This document shows positions 20,491 to 28,484 of a stretch of 28,484 nt of DNA, piece by piece (within the stretch, counting starts at the first letter, position 1; each line of letters opens with the position of its first letter). A model generated the notes under the pieces. The model worked only from the letters and a program-made list of their open reading frames with translations, was not told the origin of the DNA and ran no database searches. A program made the translations under genes and the position numbers. The stretch is from positions 1-28,484 of the forward strand of contig NW_021833197.1 in assembly GCF_006345805.1 (NCBI RefSeq), in the 5' to 3' direction. This stretch comes from Octopus sinensis (lineage: Eukaryota).

Positions 20491-21020
20491 TAATAATAAT
20501 AATAATATTAAAAATAATAGAAATAAATGAAAAAATAAAAAAAAAATGTTAAAAAAAAGTACAGGTTTTATTTTACAACCCTATAAGTTACTGACATATT
20601 CTACTGACATTAAATTTCAAGGCTGCACTGCACTCTATAGTTTTAGGCTCAGGGTTTGGAAAATACTACCACCACCACCACCACCACCACCGCTGCTACC
20701 GCCGCCGCCACCACCACCTGCAGCAATACAGCAATTATTATACAGCATAATTGCTTGCTTGCTTGCTTGCTGAGGTGGTGGTGGTGGTGGTGGTGGTGGT
20801 TGTAGTGTTGATGTGTTGATGGTGGTGGTGGTGGTAGTGATGTTGATGGTGGTGGTGTTGATGGTGGTGATGGTGGTGTTGATGGTGGTGGGTAGTGGTG
20901 TTGATGGTGGTGGTGGTGGTGGGGTGTTGGTAGTGGCGGCGGCGGTGTTGATGGTGGTTTTGAAGATTCTAAACACTACTACCACCACCACCACCACTAC
21001 TACAACAACTACTACCACCA
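20080..21020. repeat. Trinucleotide microsatellite cluster: (CAG)/(GAG)/(ACC), (AAT)n about 20407-20520, (ACC)n-(GGT)n-(ACC)n about 20666-21020
   Basis: Direct inspection. Confidence 0.95.
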
Positions 21021-21046
21021 GGAACCACCGTTGTCGTTCAAGAGTC

Positions 21047-21385
21047 AGGATCGCGAAAAAACCTCCATGATCAATCAAAGACGTCGTCGTTCCCACCGTG
21101 ACTATCACATCTGATAATTTTTACTTGCTTTGAAACACACACACACACACACACACGGCTGACTTGACGAGGATCGCGAAAAACCTTCTACGATCAAAGA
21201 CGTCGTCGTCGTTCCCACCGTGACTATCACATCTGATTATTTTACTTGCTTTGACACACACACACACACACACACGGCTGACTTGACGAGGATCGCGAAA
21301 AACCTCTATGATCAAAGACGTCGTTCCCACCGTGACTATCACATCTGATTATTTTACTTGCTTTGAAACACACACACACACACGT
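21047..21385. repeat. ~120-bp tandem triplication with embedded (GTC)n and (CA)n
   Basis: AGGATCGCGAAA occurs at 21047, 21170 and 21289. Confidence 0.95.
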
Positions 21386-21393
21386 ATGTTTCC

Positions 21394-21522
21394 TTACTCT
21401 CTCTCTCTTTTTTACTCTTTTACTTGTTTCAGTCATTTGACTGTGGCCATGCTGGAGCACCGCCTTTAGTCGAACAAATCGACCCCGGGACTTATTCTTT
21501 GTAAGCCTAGTACTTATTCTAT
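21394..21522 (-). mobile_element. SINE A tail fragment
   Basis: Reverse complement of the A 3' end. Confidence 0.88.
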
Positions 21523-22186
21523 ATATATATATGTATTTTATTTTCGGGCACAGTGCATCTAGAGATACGTTACCCAATGTTTCGTTATCTGTTTTTTGTT
21601 GTTTTTTTTAAAAGAAAAACGACGGTAAGAGAAGACTTAGCTGCTATTTCTACCACTTCCTAAAGAAAACACATCCTTTGCCGACTTCCTTAAGAAAGTA
21701 TACCACTAGCACAACCACCACCACCACCACCACCACCACCACCGCCGTTAACCACCGATACTACTATTACAACTACCACCACCACCTCCACCACCACTAC
21801 CACTACGCCAGTAATCATACTGTACTGCTGTGCTTGGTGCTGTTGGCAGTAGTATGAACAATCAGCCACTACTACTACTACTACTACTACTACTGTCACT
21901 ATCATGCATAAGTACTGCAGTGTTGGTGGATGGCAGTGTCTGTTGTTTAGCCCCTAGTCAGCCCTAATCTAGCAAAACCTATGATTTTTAAAGGCTAACA
22001 GGGAACTACATTATCTAATGTGCTGGTTTTGTTTTCCCTTAAGACAGTAGTAGAGCACGATGTCAAAGATTTGGCTGCTATTACTAACAAAACTAGCTGC
22101 CATGCAAATGCCTTGACTCGTTATGTATACACACACACACACACACACAGTAGGGTGTAATTTGAGGGAGATTTGGCTGTTATTTA

Positions 22187-22393
22187 TACCTATTTCTTTA
22201 CTACCCACAAGGCTGACTTTGCCTTTCATCCTCTCAGGATTGATAAAATAAGTACCTATTTCTTTATTACCCACAAGGGGCTAAACACAGAGGAGACAAA
22301 CAAGGACAGACATAGGTATTTAGTCTATTACATCGACCCCAGTGCGTAACTGGTACTTAATTTATCGACCCCGAAAGGATGAAAGGCAAAGTC
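22187..22393 (-). mobile_element. Rearranged SINE D insertion with an internal inverted piece
   Basis: GCTGTTATTT(A/G)TACC occurs at 22176-22190 and 22394-22408. A plus-strand D-like segment lies at about 22213-22256. Confidence 0.75.
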
Positions 22394-22826
22394 GCTGTTA
22401 TTTGTACCAGGTTTACCTTATATGCAAAGGTTTTCTTCACTGACTCAGAATGTAGAGCGAGGGAGAGATGTTGCTGCTATTTCTAATACAGGTAAAATAA
22501 AAAAAAAAACCATTGAAAAGGTTGCAAGACGCAACGAAAATTTTAGGAAAATAAAAATAAGAAATAAGTGGAAATTTTACCACTGAATGTGTTATATTAT
22601 AAGGCACAAAAAGAAAATGACTCCCCCCAGACACAACACAATAAAATACAAAAACATCGGATGAATACTATAAACCGAGATTAACCCCCCACTAAAAAAT
22701 ACAGAAGGGGTGACAACTCTAATGCCTTTAGGCATAAATTTGCTGGATCGAGGTTTAGTCGGGGTTCAAGAACAACAACCACTAGGCACGGATACTGTTG
22801 TTTTGTTTAGTCCTAGGTCAGACCTA

Positions 22827-23054
22827 TTTCTTTACTACCCACAAGGGGCTAAACACAGAGGGGGACAAACAAGGACAGACAAACGGATTAAGTCGATTAC
22901 ATCGACCCCAGTGCGCAACTGGTACTTTATTTATCAACCCCGAAGGGATGAAAGGCAAGTCGACCTCGGTGGAATTTGAACCCAGAGCGCAGCGGCAGAC
23001 GAAATACTGCTAAGCATTTCGCCCGGCATGCTAACGATTCTGCCAGCTCGCCGC
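22827..23054 (-). mobile_element. SINE D, full-length monomer with 15-bp TSD
   Basis: CCTAGGTCAGACCTA occurs at 22812-22826 and 23055-23069. Confidence 0.95.
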
Positions 23055-23258
23055 CCTAGGTCAGACCTAATATCCACCAAGTTTCCTTCAAATCACACTT
23101 TTGTCACTACAAAAATGGAGACACAATGGAGAATGTAGTCCAGGGTAAACAATGCCAGAGAGGTGGAAAGCTGGTATGGTCATGGGTGGAAAGTTTACTT
23201 GATCAGGGATGACCCAGGGTTAAACAGCGAGAAGTTCGAGAAGAAATATACAAAAATA

Positions 23259-23435
23259 GGTGCAGGAGTGGCTGTGTGGTAAGTAGCTTGCTTACCAACC
23301 ACATGGTTCCGGGTTCAGTCCCACTGCGTGGCACCTTGGGCAACCGTCTTCTGCTATAAGCCTCGGGCCGACCAAAGCCTTGTGAGTGGATTTGGTAGAC
23401 GGAAACTGGAAGAAGCCCGTCGTATATATTATATG

Positions 23436-23486
<51 letters not shown>

Positions 23487-23689
23487 ATATGTTTGTGTCT
23501 GTGTTTGTCCCCTCAACATCGCTTGACAACCGATGCTGGTGTGTTTACGTCCCCGTAACTTATCGGTTCGGCAAAAGAGACCGATAGAATAAGTACTGGG
23601 CTTACAAAGAATAAGTCCCGGGGTCGATTTACTCGACTAGAAGAGGCGGTGCTCCAGCATGGCCGCAGTCTGAAACAAGTAAAAGAGTA
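23259..23689 (+). mobile_element. SINE A, full length
   Basis: Close to consensus, with a small deletion GCAGTC|TGAAAC near the tail. Confidence 0.93.
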
Positions 23690-24073
23690 ATGACAACCAA
23701 ATCTTTCAACACATAGGCCTAACGTCTTAAAAAGGGAAAGGCAATTCCAAAAGCACAGCATGTATAACTGGAATAAAAACGAAAAAAAAAAACAGACGAG
23801 ATGGTCACGACTGGAGTGGGGAGCTGACGGGCTAAATAAAGCACAGGTGCAAGAAGTACCAGAATTTGGCAGAACAAAACCGTTTTTTACCCTAATGGAT
23901 CAATCAAACAATTTGGGGATTACTGGAAGCCTTAGTGGGAAAGGTAGGAGTTAGGGTTCCCTAACCCTACCAGGAATGCGACACAGGCGGATCCCTAAGG
24001 CCAGTTTTTTGGTGATGCGGCAGTGTTCATAGAAAAACATATACAGTGCGCGCGCGAATGACAGAGAGGGAGA

Positions 24074-24106
<33 letters not shown>

Positions 24107-24548
24107 GGAGAGAGAGAGAGAGAGAGAGGTATATGACCCAGGTCACACATGGTTGATCAAAGCATTCCATACATAACAATCCTCTTCCCCTCCTCCTCCA
24201 TCTCTCTCTCTCACTCACTAAATGCAATCTAATAGTACATTATCTAATGTGTCCTTATTCCTTTAGTAAAGATGCTTAATGTGTTATGAGGGAGATTTGG
24301 CAGCTATTTCTAGCAAGGTAAAGTATCCATGCAGAGGCTCCTCGAATATTTTGCCTCCGGGAACGGGTACGTTTTTTTTTTTTGGTTTTTTTTTTTTAAA
24401 ACCTCACCAGCTTCCAAGGAAGGTCGATCCCCCGATGGAACAAACCTTTTCATCCAAGACATCCCAATCGTTACCATCCAGTACTTTGGTAAATCTAGAA
24501 CTACACTGTTCGATTCATCCCCTACGATGAGAGAAAGGGGGAAGTGTG

Positions 24549-24786
24549 TACCTATTTCTTTACTACCCACAAGGGGCCTAAACACAGAGGGGACGAACAA
24601 GGACAGACACACGGATTAAGTCGATTACATCGATCCCAGTGCGTAACTGGTACTTAATTCATCGACCCCCCGAAAGGATGAAAGGCAAAGTCGACCACGG
24701 CGGAATTTGAACTCGGAACGCAACGGCAGACGAAATACGGCAACGCATTTCGCCCGGCGTGCTAACGTTTCTGCCAGCTCGCCACC
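24549..24786 (-). mobile_element. SINE D, full-length monomer
   Basis: Runs from TACCTATTTCTTTAC to CCAGCTCGCCACC; no clear TSD. Confidence 0.92.
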
Positions 24787-24836
24787 TTAATACACTATGT
24801 ACACAACACCCATACCATATACATATATATACACAT

Positions 24837-24905
<69 letters not shown>

Positions 24906-24977
24906 ACACAGTCACGGGCATTATATAAACACATTAATTACAAGGAAACGGTTCACAGTGACTTCGAAGTGTTGGTT

Positions 24978-25019
24978 TAGTCTGATGACAGCTAGTAAGC
25001 CGGAACTTCGAAGTCACTG
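24978..25019 (+). ncRNA. Degenerate type-I hammerhead motif with a 10-nt palindromic stem III
   Basis: UAGU-CUGAUGA-C-AGCU(AGUA)AGCC-GGAA-CUUCGAAGUC/ACUG. It has a GUC site and two deviations from the core (10.1 A.C mismatch; GGAA for GAAA). Confidence 0.6.
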
Positions 25020-25075
25020 TCGACCTTTTGTTATTAAAAAATATGCTACTCTACTAATAAGTATTGAGTGGCTCC

Positions 25076-25115
25076 TTAATTTAATGTATGACTTTACATG
25101 ATGGATGGATGGATG

Positions 25116-25190
<75 letters not shown>

Positions 25191-25455
25191 GGATGGATGG
25201 ATGGATGGATGGATGGATGGATGGATGGATGGATGGATGGATGGATGATGATGGGTGGGTAGGTAGGTAGGTAGATAGATAGATAGATAGATAGATAGAC
25301 AGATAAAGATTTGACTGTTATTTCTAGCAGGTGGTGTGGTTGGCATACAAACACAAACATGAGGGAAAATCTAGTTGCTCTTTCGAGCTGACCAATGATC
25401 ATGACATTCCAACCATGACCATCCTGTCTTAATTTAATGTATGACTTTACATAAC

Positions 25456-25487
<32 letters not shown>

Positions 25488-25712
25488 TTGGCTGTTATTT
25501 CTAGCAGGTTGTGTGGTTGGCATGCAAACACAAACGTGAGGGAAAATATGGTTGCTCTTTCGAGCACGCCAAACGACCACATATAGACGAACGACTACTA
25601 CCACCAACACAAACATATGCTGTTATTATTGTTGCTTAATTCCAGCTCCATTCTCACCGAGCTGACGACCAACGATCACGACATTCCAACCGTGACCATC
25701 CTGTCTTTTCCC
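25076..25712. repeat. ~353-bp imperfect tandem duplication with (GATG)n/(GATA)n tracts
   Basis: TTAATTTAATGTATGACTTTACAT occurs at about 25076 and 25429; the shared blocks CTGTTATTTCTAGCAGG and GACATTCCAACC..GACCATCCTGTCTT each occur twice. Confidence 0.85.
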
Positions 25713-25888
25713 CTATGTGCAAGGGACGGGATGTCAACACCATTATTAGCCAACGTGTCCAATCTTTTTTCTTTTTTTTTTTCTGGAAGACGTGATGTGA
25801 GCGAGACCTTGGCTGCCGTTTCTAGCAAATTGAACGACCACTTAGAGGCTCCTTGCTACTACGTGTCCATAGTGAAGCATATGAGAGA

Positions 25889-25929
<41 letters not shown>

Positions 25930-25937
25930 TATATATA

Positions 25938-26236
25938 TACTTGTTTTCAGTCAGTTGACTGCGGCCATGCTGGAGCACCGCCTTTAGTCGAGCGACTCGA
26001 TCCCGGGACTTATTCTTTGTAAGCCCAGTACTTATTCTATCGGTCTCTTTTGCCGAACCGCTAAGTGATGGGGACGTAATCACACCAGCATCGGTTGTCA
26101 AGCAATGCTAGGGGGGACATATATACGAACACGGGCTTCTTTCAGTTTCCGTCTACCAAATCCACTCACAAGGCTTTGGTCGGCCCGAGGCTATAGTAGA
26201 AGACACTTGCCCAAGGTGCCACGCAGTGGGACTGAA
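25938..26236 (-). mobile_element. SINE A, head truncated at the B box
   Basis: Reverse-complement A from the tail to CAGTGGGACTGAA. Confidence 0.92.
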
Positions 26237-26435
26237 TTTGAACTCAGAACGTTACCACCAATCAAGTACTGAAGCTGTCAATGGAATTATAACAAACAAG
26301 TTGTTTAGTCTTCCCAGAAATTCATAACTGTCCGTGTTTGTGTGTCTATATTTGAAAACGGCGGTAGAAATTATTACCATTAACATTATTTCACATTCAT
26401 ATCCGCATCTGTACATTCGGATTAACATACATACA

Positions 26436-27008
26436 CAGGAGTGGTTGTGTGGTAAGTAGCTTGCTAACCAACCACATGGTTCCGGGTTCAGTCCCACTGC
26501 GTGGCATCTTGGGCAAGTGTCTTCTGCTACAGCCCCGGGTCGACCAATGCCTTGTGAGAGGATTTGGTTGACGGAAACTGAAAGAAGCCCGTCGTATATA
26601 TGTATATAGGAGTGGCTGTGTGGTAAGTAGCTTGCTAACCAACCACATGGTTCCGGGTTCAGTCCCACTGCGTGGAATCTTGAGCAAGTGTCTTCTGCTA
26701 TAGCCCCTGGCCGACCAATGCCTTGTGAGTGGATTTGGTAGACGGAAACTGAAAGAAGCTTGTCGTATATATGTATATATATATATATGTGTGTGTGTTT
26801 GTGTGTCTGTGTTTGTCTCCCTAGCATTGCTTGACAACCGATGCTGGTGTGTTTACGTCCCCGTCACTTAGCGGTTCGGCAAAAAGAGACCGATAGAATA
26901 AGTACTGGGCTTGCAAAGAATAAGTCCCAGGGTCGAGTTGCTCGACTAAAGGCGGTGCTCCAGCATGGCCGCAGTCAAATGACTGAAACAAGTAAAAGAA
27001 TAAAAAGA
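26436..27008 (+). mobile_element. SINE A with duplicated head (26436-26600 plus 26608-27008)
   Basis: Two consecutive heads joined through TATATATGTATAT. Confidence 0.92.
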
Positions 27009-27417
27009 TACATATAATTGGTCCCCGTGCCATCCATCATCCAACCTCTTCGAGAACCATGCTTGCCTCACATCACAACACACCAAGACAGGACTATTTT
27101 CACACCTCTACTGGCCCTGCTTTATTTAATATCAAGCCAAGACAAATAAAAGGAGAAAAAGATTGCATAATATTCAAAGCGGTTCCTGGATGAATATCAA
27201 CAAATTCCAGATATGCCACCTACACCCGGATATATATGTCTACAAACTCTTTACTTGAATGGACTAAATTGTGCCCAAAGAAGGCTTGTCTATGAAAACA
27301 TCATCAAATGTCTTATTCCGGGCGGTGTCTTAAAGTTAGTCTTGGCCTGGGCCAATTCTGGTCGAAAGTTTTATTTTATATATATATATATATATAATAT
27401 ATATATATACATACATA

Positions 27418-27811
27418 GGCGCAGGAGTGGCTGTGTGGTAAGTAGCTTGCTAACCAACCACATGGTTCCGGGTTCAGTCCCACTGCGTGGCATCTTGGGC
27501 AAGTGTCTTCTGCTATAGCCCCGGGCCCGCCAAATGCCTTGTGAGTGGATTTGGCAGACGGAAACTGAAAGAAGCCTGTCGTATATATGTATGTATATAT
27601 AAGTGTGTGTTTGTGTGTCTGTGTTTGTCCCCCTAGCATTGCTTGACAACCGATGCTGGTGTGTTTACGACCCCGTCACTTAGCGGTTCGGCAAAAGAGA
27701 CCGATTGAATAAGTGTTGGGCTTACAAAAGAATAAGTCCCGGGGTCGAGTTGCTCGACTAAAGGCGGTGCTCCAGCATGGCCGCAGTCAAATGACTGAAA
27801 CAAGTAAAAGA

Positions 27812-27814
<3 letters not shown>
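27418..27814 (+). mobile_element. SINE A, full length
   Basis: GGCGCAGGAGTGG through AAACAAGTAAAAGAGTA. Confidence 0.93.
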
Positions 27815-27846
<32 letters not shown>

Positions 27847-27855
27847 TTATCCGTA

Positions 27856-27886
<31 letters not shown>

Positions 27887-27916
27887 TCCGTCAAATGACT
27901 GAAACAAGTAAAAGAG

Positions 27917-27950
<34 letters not shown>

Positions 27951-28484
27951 ATATACTCACACACACAGAGGCCTCGATTTACGCCATTTCTAGTCAAGTC
28001 TTTTTCGACTACCAGTTTTTGTTTTTAAGAAATTAAGAGGAAAAAACCCTAAAAACCAATACTAAATTGGAAAATTTAAAAAAAAAACAGCATGTGAAAA
28101 TATATACAAACTATTTATTAAATGGGATATGAACTAATAAATTAATTTCAAAACTGATTTTTCGACGTAAATTATCTTTTGAATTAAGTACCATGCCTTA
28201 ATAATTACTTTTGTGTGTTTGTGTATACTGAGGGTCCGCTACGTTTATTTCTGAAACTTTCAAATTCGGCCCCTACGCATACATGAAATCGCATTGTTTG
28301 ATGTCCTTGTGGCAAATATATTTCGTTATCGCTTTTAATTAAATATCATCTTAGACGGCGGGCACCGTAGCGTGCGCCATCGAATCAACCCATAACATAT
28401 TCAAAGCAGCTCGGCGAGCCCACTTTTTCTTATTTTCCCAGGTATCTGAGCTTTCAAGAGAGGGGGGGGGGGAATATATAGAAA

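Noticed and set aside
19948-21905. Poly-P/T/V/G/Q ORFs
   Set aside because: These are translations of trinucleotide microsatellites, with no splice or homology support.
22160-22190. Recurrent GAGGGAGATTTGGCTG(C/T)TATTTCTAGC motif (about 10 degenerate copies across the window) as a regulatory site
   Set aside because: Flanking similarity at several copies (e.g. 24285-24345, 25801-25855) indicates remnants of an old repeat family rather than a binding site.
27786-27955. Repeated SINE A tail and TAGTTATCCGT between (TA)n tracts; AA/TT interruptions in many (TA)n runs
   Set aside because: Best explained by slippage or sequencing/assembly error in TA tracts; cannot be evaluated without reads.

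Overview
This is an AT-rich, repeat-saturated metazoan window, intronic or intergenic, with no protein-coding gene I can support. The repeat families match my recollection of Octopus (coleoid cephalopod) SINEs; that assignment is from recall, not a database search. Family letters are my own labels. Contents: about 15 copies or fragments of tRNA-headed SINE family A; three TSD-flanked copies of tRNA-SINE B; SINE C and a C/B hybrid; five minus-strand copies of tRNA-SINE D, often internally duplicated; a (TGA)n-tailed element F carrying a 63-bp minisatellite; decayed 3' ends of three LINE lineages (RTE-BovB-like, a second RTE-type, CR1); a three-unit hAT/Buster-type MITE inside one 8-bp TSD; and many microsatellites. 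Nearly all ORFs in the supplied track are repeat artefacts. The main discovery candidates are four minimal type-I hammerhead-ribozyme motifs with palindromic stem III. Two of them lie in a composite element E (tRNA-derived Pol III head plus Penelope-like hammerhead tail) present twice, which suggests a ribozyme-bearing SINE.
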